64,000 nt of DNA, taken from Candidatus Woesebacteria bacterium. GTDB taxonomy: Bacteria; Patescibacteriota; Microgenomatia; UBA8517. The notes under the pieces were generated by a model, which saw only the letters and a program-made list of their open reading frames with translations, was not told where the DNA came from and made no database searches. Positions 39,780-49,807 of this stretch are shown here, in pieces (the first letter of the stretch is position 1; each line of letters opens with the position of its first letter). Location of the stretch: the NCBI GenBank assembly GCA_963716475.1, contig OY970314.1, positions 436,790 to 500,789 on the forward strand, in the 5' to 3' direction. The translations under genes and the position numbers were made by a program.

Positions 39780-40925
39780 ATGATCCTATATGAATTCGAA
39801 GGTAAGAAGATTCTCGCAGAAAATGGAATCAGCGTACCCCGCTCGATATTGGCCACATCACCCCAACAATTGGTAACTCTTCAATTTCCGGTAATACTCA
39901 AGGCTCAGGTACTTTCCGGAAAAAGAATGGAAGCCGGAGGAATAATCGAGGTCAAGAATAAAAAAGGTCTTAAAAAATCACTGTCTGACCTTTTTTCCAA
40001 AAACATAAACGGGGAACAGGTGAAAGCAGTTCTTATTGAGGAGAAATTACACTTCAGCAGTGAATATTATCTCTCGATATCTTACAATTCCGATTTACGT
40101 TCACCCGTGATCACCTTTTCAGAAAAAGGCGGTACCGGTATTGAAAAAAGGGGTGCTAAAATTATAAAAGTGGATCCTATTACTGGGGATTTTAACAAAA
40201 AGGAGTTTCCGGAAATAGTTTCAAAAGTTTTACCGCAAATCTTAAAAATCTTTTTTGAGAATGATTGCCTTCTTACGGAGATAAATCCGCTTATTGTTTC
40301 CGAGGGACTTTTAACGGCCCTTGACGCAAAAGTCAGTCTTGACGATTGTGCTTTGGAACGTCATAAGGAAAGAGTCTTTCCGGGAAGATCCGTTCCGGGA
40401 CACGTAGCCAGCAAAAACGAAGTCGAGGCAAAAAAAATTGACGAAAACGATTACCGGGGTACGGCCGGTTCTACTTATTTTGACTTAGACGGCGACATTG
40501 CGGTTCTGGCTTCAGGCGGAGGGGCATCATTAACCGCAATGGATGCTTTGCTGGCCGCCGGCGGAAAACCCGCAAACTATACCGAATACTCGGGGAACCC
40601 TCCCAAAGAAAAGGTTGAAAAATTGACAAAAATTGTACTTTCAAAAAAGGGGCTGCATGGCCTTTGGGTGGTTGGGGCAATAGCAAATTTTACCGATATT
40701 TACGAAACATTATCTGGGCTTGTCGAGGCTTTAAGAAATCTTACTCCCAAACCCGTTTTTCCAATTGTCATCAGGCGCGGCGGCCCGAATGATGAAAAGG
40801 CCTTTGAGATGCTCAAAAAAGTCAAGGATTTTGAACTTCATCTCTACGGTCAGGAAACTTCCATTACGGAGTCTGCTGAAATTATTGCCAACCTGGCAAA
40901 AAAATATGTTACTACTACCAAATAA
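39780..40925 (+). CDS. ATP-citrate lyase beta-like subunit (ATP-grasp plus citrate-binding domain)
   Basis: LYEFEGK, EINP, DAK (SucC/AclB fold); ACL-type GGGAS, ANYTEYSGNP, GAIANFTD, RRGGPN. Confidence 0.8.
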   Translation: MILYEFEGKKILAENGISVPRSILATSPQQLVTLQFPVILKAQVLSGKRMEAGGIIEVKNKKGLKKSLSDLFSKNINGEQVKAVLIEEKLHFSSEYYLSISYNSDLRSPVITFSEKGGTGIEKRGAKIIKVDPITGDFNKKEFPEIVSKVLPQILKIFFENDCLLTEINPLIVSEGLLTALDAKVSLDDCALERHKERVFPGRSVPGHVASKNEVEAKKIDENDYRGTAGSTYFDLDGDIAVLASGGGASLTAMDALLAAGGKPANYTEYSGNPPKEKVEKLTKIVLSKKGLHGLWVVGAIANFTDIYETLSGLVEALRNLTPKPVFPIVIRRGGPNDEKAFEMLKKVKDFELHLYGQETSITESAEIIANLAKKYVTTTK

Positions 40926-41802
40926 TGCCAAGTTAATCGGTCAGGGTTTAACGGGTTCTGAAGGAAGCAGATCCCTGCCCTTAATGCTTTCCTACGGAAC
41001 AAATATAGTAGCCGGAGTTACACCCGGAAAAGGCGGACAAATAGTTAATAAAATTCCTATTTTTAATTCCGTTAAAGAAGCTATCGATTCCGTCGGTCCC
41101 GTAGACGGTTCTGTTCAATTTGTTCCACCGCTCTTTACAAAAAGTGCCGTTTTTGAAGCCCTTGATGCGGGTATAAAATTTATACTGATCGGTGCAGAAA
41201 AAGTTCCCGTTAGGGATGCTGCAGAAATATACGCTTATGCCGGGAAGCTCAACGCAAATGTTATCGGTCCGAGTTCTGTAGGCATAATAAACCCCGAAAA
41301 AAGATTAAAAATCGGAGAAATCGGAGGACAAAACCCGGACCGGGTTTTTACCAAGGGCAATGTGGCCATAATATCAAAATCCGGAGGAATGACTTCTGAG
41401 ATAGGACTATTACTTAAAAACAATAACCTTGGCATTTCCTGGGCTGTAGGTATCGGCGGGGATAGAATTATTTCAACTGATTTTGCAGATTTTCTTTTGG
41501 AACTCGATAAAGATAAAAAAACGGAAGCGTCCGTAATCTTCGGAGAACTTGGCGGTACATATGAAGAAAGAGTTGCCCGCCTGGTTAAAAATGGGAAAAT
41601 TAAAAAACCTGTTATTGCTTTTGTCGCGGGTGAATTTACAGCCAGTTTACCCGGCAATGTACAATTTGGCCATGCGGGAGCTATTATAGAAGGTAAGAGA
41701 GGACTTCCTTCTGAAAAAAGAAGGGTCTTACGGGAATCCGGAGTTTTGGTTGCAGATAATTTTGACGAGATTCCTAATCTGGTTATAAAATCAATCCAAT
41801 AA
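40906..41802 (+). CDS. SucD/AclA-like CoA-binding, phospho-His subunit
   Basis: AGVTPGKGG, IGPSSVG, SKSGG, GIGGD, GELGG, FGHAGA; start MLLLPNN at 40906. Confidence 0.88.
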   Translation: MLLLPNNAKLIGQGLTGSEGSRSLPLMLSYGTNIVAGVTPGKGGQIVNKIPIFNSVKEAIDSVGPVDGSVQFVPPLFTKSAVFEALDAGIKFILIGAEKVPVRDAAEIYAYAGKLNANVIGPSSVGIINPEKRLKIGEIGGQNPDRVFTKGNVAIISKSGGMTSEIGLLLKNNNLGISWAVGIGGDRIISTDFADFLLELDKDKKTEASVIFGELGGTYEERVARLVKNGKIKKPVIAFVAGEFTASLPGNVQFGHAGAIIEGKRGLPSEKRRVLRESGVLVADNFDEIPNLVIKSIQ

Positions 41803-42467
41803 TGGCAATAACAATAAAACATATTGATGGTATTCCCTATTTCGGAAAAGAAAACCTTTTGGAAATTGCCCCAAATATCAATTTCTCCGAAATGATTTTT
41901 GAACTTTTAAGTACTAAAAGACCAAATGAAGCCGAGTCGAAAATTTTCGAAACTATACTCAATCTTTCGATTGATCATGGAGAAGAAACTCCTTCTGCAA
42001 TTAAAACTATCGGGGCAGCAAAGGGAGGAAAAACCATTTCCGAGTCGGTCTCCGCAGGAATTTTACAAATAAACGACATGCACGGCGGGGCAATCGAACC
42101 GGCGATGAATCTTTTTTATAAAATAAAAAACGAAAAATTAGATATCAAAAAGGTTGTTGATGATTATCTGGATAATGACAGAAGAATGCCTGGATTCGGA
42201 CATAGAATTTACGATATTGATCCGAGAGCTCAGCTTATTTTTAAATTGGCAAGACAGCAGAATATTTCAGATGAATTTATTGAAATTGCACAAAGTTTGG
42301 AAAAGAGCCTTAAAAGTGCCAAGGGCAAACCCATTCCCGTTAACATCGACGGAGCCATCGCTTCGATTCTTTGCACCTTCGGCTGGAATTCTAATCTTGG
42401 CAATGCGGTCTTCATTATTGCCAGGATTCCGGGCCTTTGCGGTCAATTTTTGAATAACTCAAAATGA
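41802..42467 (+). CDS. Citryl-CoA lyase (citrate-synthase-homology domain)
   Basis: DHG..TPSA, HGGAIE, PGFGHR..DPR, NIDGAIA. Confidence 0.85.
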   Translation: MAITIKHIDGIPYFGKENLLEIAPNINFSEMIFELLSTKRPNEAESKIFETILNLSIDHGEETPSAIKTIGAAKGGKTISESVSAGILQINDMHGGAIEPAMNLFYKIKNEKLDIKKVVDDYLDNDRRMPGFGHRIYDIDPRAQLIFKLARQQNISDEFIEIAQSLEKSLKSAKGKPIPVNIDGAIASILCTFGWNSNLGNAVFIIARIPGLCGQFLNNSK

Positions 42468-43255
42468 AAAATCTCTCCGACTTCCGGCCAAAAGGTATTC
42501 TGCTTGACGTTGACGGAACTCTGGTAAATTCAAAAAAGACCGTTTCTGTTAATACCATAAACGCTATTAAAAAAATTATTGATAAAGGTATTAAAGTCGG
42601 CGTTTCCACGGGACGAAGTTACCCCTCTCTCGCAAATTACATACTTCCTATGTTTCCTCCGGAATCATTACACATAATCGCGGGGGGAGGGCAGATTGTT
42701 AAAGGTTCCGGCGAAATTGTTTGGGAAAAGAATCTGGCGTCAGCGGCCGTTAAACTTATATGCCAAACCGCTGAACGTCTGGGTGGAAAATTTGCCTTCG
42801 GACAGGGAAAAATACTTTATTGCAGCGGCGGGCTTTTGCAAAAGTATGCCGGTCATCCCTGGAAAATTAAAGTCAGGCCGATATTCGGTATCGGCAATTG
42901 GACGACCCCGTTAATTTCATTGCAGAATATCAATCAGGAAATTTTTACATTTTTAAAAGAGCCTGACATAAACATTTTTTTCACCGAAACATCTTTTGAA
43001 AAAGCCCTGGACGTAACGGCGGCAGGTGTTAATAAACTTTCTGCTGCCAAAATCTGGTCGGAAATGCTGGGTTTAACTTTGAAAGATATTATGAGTATCG
43101 GGGATAGTGTAAACGACCTGGAACTGATTCGGGGTTCAGGATTTTCCGTGGCAATGGGTCAGTCCCCTGAAATATTAAAATCGCATGCGGACACTGTAAT
43201 CGGAAATGTTGATGAAGACGGGTTGGCTGCCTTTTTGGAAAAATTTACCTCGTAA
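42464..43255 (+). CDS. HAD-superfamily IIB (Cof-type) enzyme
   Basis: DVDGTL, STGR, NK, GDSVND. Confidence 0.9.
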   Translation: MKNLSDFRPKGILLDVDGTLVNSKKTVSVNTINAIKKIIDKGIKVGVSTGRSYPSLANYILPMFPPESLHIIAGGGQIVKGSGEIVWEKNLASAAVKLICQTAERLGGKFAFGQGKILYCSGGLLQKYAGHPWKIKVRPIFGIGNWTTPLISLQNINQEIFTFLKEPDINIFFTETSFEKALDVTAAGVNKLSAAKIWSEMLGLTLKDIMSIGDSVNDLELIRGSGFSVAMGQSPEILKSHADTVIGNVDEDGLAAFLEKFTS

Positions 43256-44453
43256 AAATCGTTCCCGGCATAACTATGGTTTCCTCCTTGATTACTGCTC
43301 CGGGATTTGTTCCGGAGTGTATCCCTATTTTTACCCTGTCCCCGATTAGGGCACCAAAATAAGAAGATTTCGTATCAACCGTTTCCCCCTTTATTTGGAC
43401 TCCCACATCGCCCCTGTCCAAACGCCGGTTGGCGGTAATAAATCCGGCTCCGATCCGGACATCCTCGCCGATAATGCTGTCCCCGATATAGCCGGAGTGA
43501 ATATGTGTATTCTTACCGATAAGCGAGTGTTTAACCTGAACGGCATTTTGAAGTTCAACCCCTTCCTCAAGTACCGATTCTTTCCCTACTTTGCAGTAAC
43601 TTCCGACAATGGCATTTCTTCCTATATAACAAGGGCCGTCGATTATTGCGTAATCAAAGATTTTTGCGCCTTCCTCAATAATGACGGGGCCTCTTAAAAT
43701 TGCGCTTGGAGCTATTTCGCAGCCTTTTTTAGATACTGCCTTATCGGCAATCTTAGAAAAACGGTAATGGATAATATCAAATAGATCCCAGACATATTTG
43801 AGTGAGAGTGCCGGCTCCTTGCTCTCTATCATGAAAACTTCCTTTTCCCGGGAGTATTTATCCAGTCCGTCCTCGAACTGATACTGCGAATTCTGAATGG
43901 TCTTAAGAAAATCGGTAAAGTCCTTCGTCAGAATATATATTCCCAAGACTCTTTTATCGGAAAGTCCCGTAATATCTTCCGGTTTCTCTACGACTCCCTT
44001 AACTCTTCCGCCCTCAAGTTTTAACATGCCATACTTTTGGGGTTCATCGGTTGTCTGCCCAAAAAGAACCACCCCTTCTCCCTTGTCCAAAAATTTAAGA
44101 TGTTCCCCGACGTTTATTTGCTGGGAGTTTATCAAAAGAAATCTCTCGTCCGGTATGACACCAGATTCCAAAATTGCATTAGCCCCTCCGAGTGGTTCCT
44201 TTTGGTCATGGAAAAAGACGGGTACTTTTATATCTGATGTTTCTATCAGTTTTTTGATCGCCAGGTCACGGGGCGATTTGATAATCTCGATCCTTTTCAC
44301 TCCCGTTCCGGCCAAACTACGGATCGTTTGGACAATCAACGGCTCACCAAAAACGGAGAAAGTACCCTTATGTCTGGCCCTCCTGAACGGTTCAAAACGG
44401 GTGTTTTCACCCGCGGCTAAAATAACTGCCTGTTCCGGAATACTGTTCGGCAT
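43245..44453 (-). CDS. glmU: Archaeal-type bifunctional sugar-1-P nucleotidylyltransferase/acetyltransferase (GlmU-like)
   Basis: LAAGENTRF, Q.EPLG, VVEKP, hexapeptide repeats, YIGDSIIG, GAGFITANRRLD. Confidence 0.82.
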   Translation of the reverse strand: MPNSIPEQAVILAAGENTRFEPFRRARHKGTFSVFGEPLIVQTIRSLAGTGVKRIEIIKSPRDLAIKKLIETSDIKVPVFFHDQKEPLGGANAILESGVIPDERFLLINSQQINVGEHLKFLDKGEGVVLFGQTTDEPQKYGMLKLEGGRVKGVVEKPEDITGLSDKRVLGIYILTKDFTDFLKTIQNSQYQFEDGLDKYSREKEVFMIESKEPALSLKYVWDLFDIIHYRFSKIADKAVSKKGCEIAPSAILRGPVIIEEGAKIFDYAIIDGPCYIGRNAIVGSYCKVGKESVLEEGVELQNAVQVKHSLIGKNTHIHSGYIGDSIIGEDVRIGAGFITANRRLDRGDVGVQIKGETVDTKSSYFGALIGDRVKIGIHSGTNPGAVIKEETIVMPGTIFTR

Positions 44454-44468
44454 AGCTTAATTTAATCA

Positions 44469-45530
44469 TCAATCCAAGCGAATCTCAATAACACTTGCAT
44501 CGTCCCTCGGTTTTAATCTGGGAATTTTATCAAATTCCGGGTCCTCATCCAACTTCTCCGCTCCCTGCTCAAGAACTGAGCCAAAAGAGTTTTTCCCAAA
44601 CATATTGATAAATTCTCCAACCGACCACTCCATCGAACTTCCTTTTTCCCTGTAGGGAAGAAGCGCCCCGTCTGAATATAAATAAATCGATGATAATTTA
44701 TCGGAAATTTCAAATTCATCGCTATAAATCAAATGATTTTCAATAAGCTCCGGCATTCCGTTTAATATTCCGCATCCGCCCTTGGAATTTATTTTCCTGC
44801 GAAATGAATCTTGCAGTTGCAGCTTCACTTTTGACCAGACATTTTCATCTGTACGAACCTGCCTGAGGCTGATGCCGCCCTCTTTGGCTAAACTTTTGGC
44901 ATATTCAAATGTTTCCCGGTCAAATTTTTCGTTCAAATTGGGTGTCAAAATACTGACAGTACCGTCACTTTCATATTTTGCCGCGGAGGAATCGGCCGCC
45001 TGTGCCAAACTCGCCTTTTTCTGTCGGGAATCAATAACTAAAAACACCGCTGCCATTCCCGGAACAGTAAGAACATCGTTATAATCAACACCCTGAACTT
45101 TTTTCATTTCCCCCTGAATCCAGGAGTTAACATTAATCATTACGTCTTTTGCGGATACGTTTTCTTTATCGCACATATCTTTATATACCTGTGCGCTTTT
45201 AAAACCCAGTGATACAATGTGTGATAAATAAAAAGCGCCGGAAATTTTATCGGGAGTGAGCCCTGCAATATCTTTTTGACAAGAGGCTCCATCCAAAACT
45301 GCAAACAAGGTTCGACCCTCACCCATCGGCAGAATCATTAAAGAATCCTCGTTTAGCTGTTCCGGTTTGGCCGCCAAGGTCTCTGCAAAATAAATACCTG
45401 AGTGAAAACGGTTTCTTTCCTGTCCTTTCTGAATATTATCTGTCTCGGCAGTCCTAAGAAACCAAAACAAAGGTTTATCACCTAATTTTTTTAATCTATC
45501 ATCATCTGAAGAGTTTCTTGGTCTTTCCAT
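44469..45530 (-). CDS. PP2C-like phosphatase-fold protein
   Basis: FAVLDGAS, AQAADS, LYSDG, RDDAS. Confidence 0.65.
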   Translation of the reverse strand: MERPRNSSDDDRLKKLGDKPLFWFLRTAETDNIQKGQERNRFHSGIYFAETLAAKPEQLNEDSLMILPMGEGRTLFAVLDGASCQKDIAGLTPDKISGAFYLSHIVSLGFKSAQVYKDMCDKENVSAKDVMINVNSWIQGEMKKVQGVDYNDVLTVPGMAAVFLVIDSRQKKASLAQAADSSAAKYESDGTVSILTPNLNEKFDRETFEYAKSLAKEGGISLRQVRTDENVWSKVKLQLQDSFRRKINSKGGCGILNGMPELIENHLIYSDEFEISDKLSSIYLYSDGALLPYREKGSSMEWSVGEFINMFGKNSFGSVLEQGAEKLDEDPEFDKIPRLKPRDDASVIEIRLD

Positions 45531-45539
45531 CTTTTTGGA

Positions 45540-45863
45540 TTATATAACTTCCGGCGTCACTTTCATGGATGAAAAAGTGGAAACTGCATTTTTTGGATCA
45601 CCTATGTATATAGGGAATCCCGGAGCCTTCACTAAGTTAATCAATATTTCATTCTCATCCTGCCTGACAAGAAGTGAGTAGTGAACACCGAATCCCTCAT
45701 GGGCTTCCGGATAAACCATAAAATTTGTTTTAACTTTGGGGAATTTCTTATCTATTTCACTTTTGATTTTTATCACCGAATCACGGCAATTATTTGCGTC
45801 TGTTATTGAATCATCTCCCTGAACAAGTTCTCTTACATATCCCGTTATATTTTCCAAAGACAT
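45540..45863 (-). CDS. Hypothetical protein
   Basis: 107-aa ORF tightly packed in the operon. Confidence 0.6.
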   Translation of the reverse strand: MSLENITGYVRELVQGDDSITDANNCRDSVIKIKSEIDKKFPKVKTNFMVYPEAHEGFGVHYSLLVRQDENEILINLVKAPGFPIYIGDPKNAVSTFSSMKVTPEVI

Positions 45864-45868
45864 TGAAT

Positions 45869-46660
45869 TTATTTACCGAGAAGACTACCCGCTTCCCGGT
45901 CAATTATAAAAGTTACATTTGGGTGCAATCTCAAAAATGAAGCCGGAGCCTCTGATCCGATTGGCCCTTTCAGGGTTCTTTGAATACCCTGGGCTTTCTG
46001 AAGGCCTTTAGCAATTAGAACAATCTTCTTCGAATCCAAAATATCTGCAACACCCTGGGTTATTGCCTTTTGAGGAACTTTATTTTCATCACCGTCAAAA
46101 AATCTGGCATTAGCTTTTATGGTCTCTGCGTCAATCTGAACCACCCTTGTACGGGAATCGTATGCCGAACCCCGCTCATTGAAAGCAATATGACATGTTA
46201 ATCCGGGTCCGATACCGACAATTGCAAGATCTGAGGGGCCTGTCAATGCCAAAACTAACTGATAACGGGTCACTTCCTCCTCCGGGTCTTCTGCAGCGGA
46301 GTTAGGAATAAATCTCCGGTTCTCAGGAATGTTAACATGGTTAAATAAATTATCTCTCATAAATGTGTCATAACTTTGGGGGTGATTTTTAGGCAAAGGC
46401 CAATATTCATCCAAGTTTCTGGTAGTTACACCGCTCATGTCCATTCCTTTTTTATTTGCGTCGATCATCAAACCGTAAAGTCCTAGCGGTGAAGATCCTG
46501 TCGCTAAAGTAAAAACGGATTTGGGGTTCTCCATAATCTGATCTTCTAAAATTGAAAAAGCATATTTGTCTACAATTTCGGGTGAAGGAAGTAAAACAAT
46601 TTCGGGATTGTAGACTCGAAGATGCTCGTATGAACTTGGATTTAAATTTTCAACTGCCAC
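45869..46660 (-). CDS. nagB: Glucosamine-6-phosphate deaminase
   Basis: LATGSSP, NLDEY, HPQSY, HIAFNE, NARFF, PASFLRLH. Confidence 0.93.
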   Translation of the reverse strand: MAVENLNPSSYEHLRVYNPEIVLLPSPEIVDKYAFSILEDQIMENPKSVFTLATGSSPLGLYGLMIDANKKGMDMSGVTTRNLDEYWPLPKNHPQSYDTFMRDNLFNHVNIPENRRFIPNSAAEDPEEEVTRYQLVLALTGPSDLAIVGIGPGLTCHIAFNERGSAYDSRTRVVQIDAETIKANARFFDGDENKVPQKAITQGVADILDSKKIVLIAKGLQKAQGIQRTLKGPIGSEAPASFLRLHPNVTFIIDREAGSLLGK

Positions 46661-46717
46661 GGTTTTATATTACCGATACATTCTATACCCTAATGCAAGT
46701 TTTTTTACCGGGGATGC

Positions 46718-47977
46718 TTAATTCCTGCCCGACTTGAGGACTTCATGATAAACATCATGCAAACCTTGCCCGCTTTTTTTCCAAGAAAACTTCCTGATCC
46801 GTTTTTTCTCTCTATACCTATAATCGGTCAGCCCGTGTTTCCCGATAATCAGATCTTCCATTTGTTCAGCAAGTAATAATGGGTTACTTACCGTAGTAAT
46901 CAAACCGGCGCGGTGCGAATCAACCAGATCTGAAATACCTGAAACGTTTGAAATAATTACCGGAGTTCCGCAGGCTATGGCCTCCAGAGCTACCATTCCG
47001 AATGATTCATAATGAGACGGCATTACGACAATGTCAGCTGCCGAATAATAATAGTGAAGCTCTTTTTGAGGTTTTTGTCCGATAAATTCAACCGATGCTT
47101 CAATCTTAAGATTTCTGCGGAGCTTCCTCAAATATTTAAGCTCATCCGGCCAAAGACTTACGGGTTCGGATGTGTCCCCGCCGATAACCCACAGGCAAAT
47201 CCGCTTTCGGAGATCGGGACGCCTTACCAATAGTACTTTTAAGGCATAAAGTAAGGAATCAAAACCTTTTAGAGGTTCGATCCTTCCGACGGCCAAAATA
47301 ATTTTGGTATCATTTTTTGCTTTTACAACCCGTCTCGCCGCCGATTTCGGCATCGGGAAAAAGAGATTTTTATCGACTCCGGGGCTGACAACCCGGATTT
47401 TTATTGACGGGCAGTTATATAAATATTTCAAATAAGCCGCATCGTTGGCGCTCGAGGCAACTACCATATCTGCTTTTTGTACCAATTCAAACTCTGCCTT
47501 AAGTCTGATATCCTCCTCTTTTTCGGCCGGGGTCCTACCCACAAGATTCTTCATTAATGCCAGAGTATGAAAAGACATAATTAAAGGAATATGCAATTTC
47601 TTTTTAACGATTAATCCGGCCAACCCCGACAAATAGTAGTGGCAGTGCAATAAATCATATTTAACTCCTTCCCTCTCGGAAAAATCAAAAAAAGCTTTTA
47701 CGAATGGGCTGATATATGGAAGTAAGAACTTCTTGGAGATGGGTTTTTCGGATCCTACAACAAGATGGATGAGTCTGACATTCGGAGAAACCTGAACAAT
47801 ATGGGGTTCGTTCTTATTCTGCGAGCGCGTAAACATATCGACCTTAAATCCGATTTTTCCTAATTCTTTTGCCGTTTCCAACACGTAGACATTTAATCCT
47901 CCCGTTTCCTTACCTTCGCTTGAAGCCAAAGGACAAGCGTGCAGGGAAAAGACTGCCAAATATTTTGAGGCCCTCAT
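46718..47977 (-). CDS. MshA-like GT4 glycosyltransferase
   Basis: HACPL..GKETGGLNVY, HCHYYLSG, SFHTL, GRIEPLKG, ESFGMVALEA. Confidence 0.82.
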   Translation of the reverse strand: MRASKYLAVFSLHACPLASSEGKETGGLNVYVLETAKELGKIGFKVDMFTRSQNKNEPHIVQVSPNVRLIHLVVGSEKPISKKFLLPYISPFVKAFFDFSEREGVKYDLLHCHYYLSGLAGLIVKKKLHIPLIMSFHTLALMKNLVGRTPAEKEEDIRLKAEFELVQKADMVVASSANDAAYLKYLYNCPSIKIRVVSPGVDKNLFFPMPKSAARRVVKAKNDTKIILAVGRIEPLKGFDSLLYALKVLLVRRPDLRKRICLWVIGGDTSEPVSLWPDELKYLRKLRRNLKIEASVEFIGQKPQKELHYYYSAADIVVMPSHYESFGMVALEAIACGTPVIISNVSGISDLVDSHRAGLITTVSNPLLLAEQMEDLIIGKHGLTDYRYREKKRIRKFSWKKSGQGLHDVYHEVLKSGRN

Positions 47978-47997
47978 ATTACTAATAGGCGATTATA

Positions 47998-49773
47998 CTA
48001 TTTTACAGTTACGGATTTTGCGAGATTGCGCGGCTTGTCCGGATCCAAACCTTTTTTTATAGTCAGATAATAGGCAAGAAGCTGTGCGGCAACAACATTC
48101 GGAATAATTGTGGCTTCCCCGGCATCAGCAACATGCATATAGTAGTCAAAGACCTCGTGGGGTTTATAGGAAATCCCGATAACTACGCCTCCCCGGGCTT
48201 TCATCTCCATTGCTCCGGCGAGATTTGCTCCGTAAGTTTCATCGTTTGGCAAAAAAGTTATACATGGAGTTCCCTTCTCGACCAATGCCAGAGGTCCGTG
48301 CTTTAGTTCTCCGGCAGCCAGGCCTTCTGCATGAATATAGGAAATTTCCTTAATCTTTAAAGCCGTTTCAAGGCTTGCCGGGTAGGAAAGCCCGCGCCCG
48401 ATTACATAAACATGTTTCCTTTCCGAAATTCTTGAAGCCAACCTCCTAATTTTCTGCAAAGACTTCGGCAATAATAACTGCCTAACCGATCCGGCTGCTG
48501 CCATTAGTGCTTCCTGACCTTCCTTTACTCCGCTATTTAGAGAGTAGGCAAGGAGAATGAGATGCGCCAGCATACCGGTAAAAGCTTTGGTTGAAGCAAC
48601 CGCCTGCTCGGGTCCGGCTTCAATTAACATTTTGTAATCCGATAGACGGTAAAGGGAAGATCCTGAAACATTAACGAGACTCAGGATTTTTGCACCCCTT
48701 TGCTTGGCCTTTTTAACCGACTCCAGAATATCCATAGTTTCACCGGACTGCGAAACTGCAATAACTAAACTGTGATTGTCCAGGAAATCAAGATGATATC
48801 CGAACTCGCTGCCGATTGCCGGGTTCACATGCCTTTTAGCCACCTTCGAAAATAAATACGTACCGGCAAGACAAGCATATGAAGCTGTCCCACAACCCAC
48901 CAGATACGTCCCCCGCGCCTCTCTGACTATTTTTGCCATCTGACGGGCCTGTGAAGCCCCATTTCGTGCAATATTGGTAATTATATGAGGCTGCTCAAAA
49001 ATTTCCTTAAGCATATAGAATTTATATTTCCCTTTTTCGCCTTGCTCCTCCTTCCCGTCAAGTTTACTTATTTTAGGTATAACTTTTCTCCCGGTTTTGG
49101 TATTAAAAATCATAACCTCCCCGGGAGTAAGCACAGCCATTTCATTATCTTCAAGGAAATAGACCTCTCTGGTATGGGAAAGTAGAGCGGAAGAGTCGCT
49201 TGCCAAAAAATTTTCGTTTTTTCCGAATCCGATTACCAAGGGAGAACCGTTTCTGGCCGCTACAAGCAGATTCTTTTTTGCGCTAATCGCAATCATTGCA
49301 TTAAGTCCTTCCATCCGGTTAAATGCTGCCATTACGGCATCGGGAAAAGACTTGTTTTTAGAAAGATCCTCAATCAAATGTGTTAACGTCTCCGTGTCGG
49401 TTTCGGAAATAAATTTATGGCCTTTTTTCAGAAGCTTTCTTTTAATCCCCTCATAGTTTTCAAATATACCGTTATGGATAACGGCTATCGTACCGCTACA
49501 ATCAAGGTGGGGGTGGGCATTTATATCCGTTACCCCCCCATGAGTCGCCCAACGTGTATGACCAAAGGAGAGAGAACCGTTTGGTAAGTCGTCAACATTT
49601 GCATTTCCGATTTTACCGGCTTTCTTCTTGACGGCAATCGTATCTTTATCAGCGTTTGGAATCACACCGACTCCCCAACTATCATAACCCCGGTACTCAA
49701 GCTTCTTTAAACCACTAAAAACAATTTTCTGGGCATCGCGCCTGTAGCCGATATAGCCAAATATTCCGCACAT
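47998..49773 (-). CDS. glmS: Glutamine--fructose-6-phosphate aminotransferase
   Basis: MCGIFG, EYRGYDS, GHTRWATHG, SQSGET, PRNLAKSVTVK. Confidence 0.98.
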   Translation of the reverse strand: MCGIFGYIGYRRDAQKIVFSGLKKLEYRGYDSWGVGVIPNADKDTIAVKKKAGKIGNANVDDLPNGSLSFGHTRWATHGGVTDINAHPHLDCSGTIAVIHNGIFENYEGIKRKLLKKGHKFISETDTETLTHLIEDLSKNKSFPDAVMAAFNRMEGLNAMIAISAKKNLLVAARNGSPLVIGFGKNENFLASDSSALLSHTREVYFLEDNEMAVLTPGEVMIFNTKTGRKVIPKISKLDGKEEQGEKGKYKFYMLKEIFEQPHIITNIARNGASQARQMAKIVREARGTYLVGCGTASYACLAGTYLFSKVAKRHVNPAIGSEFGYHLDFLDNHSLVIAVSQSGETMDILESVKKAKQRGAKILSLVNVSGSSLYRLSDYKMLIEAGPEQAVASTKAFTGMLAHLILLAYSLNSGVKEGQEALMAAAGSVRQLLLPKSLQKIRRLASRISERKHVYVIGRGLSYPASLETALKIKEISYIHAEGLAAGELKHGPLALVEKGTPCITFLPNDETYGANLAGAMEMKARGGVVIGISYKPHEVFDYYMHVADAGEATIIPNVVAAQLLAYYLTIKKGLDPDKPRNLAKSVTVK

Positions 49774-49807
49774 AAAATTTTATGGTGAGAAGCTGCCTAA
49801 ATGTGGT

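Noticed and set aside
40765-40905. N-terminal extension of the SucD-like ORF
   Set aside because: Overlaps the upstream gene; homology begins at ATG 40906
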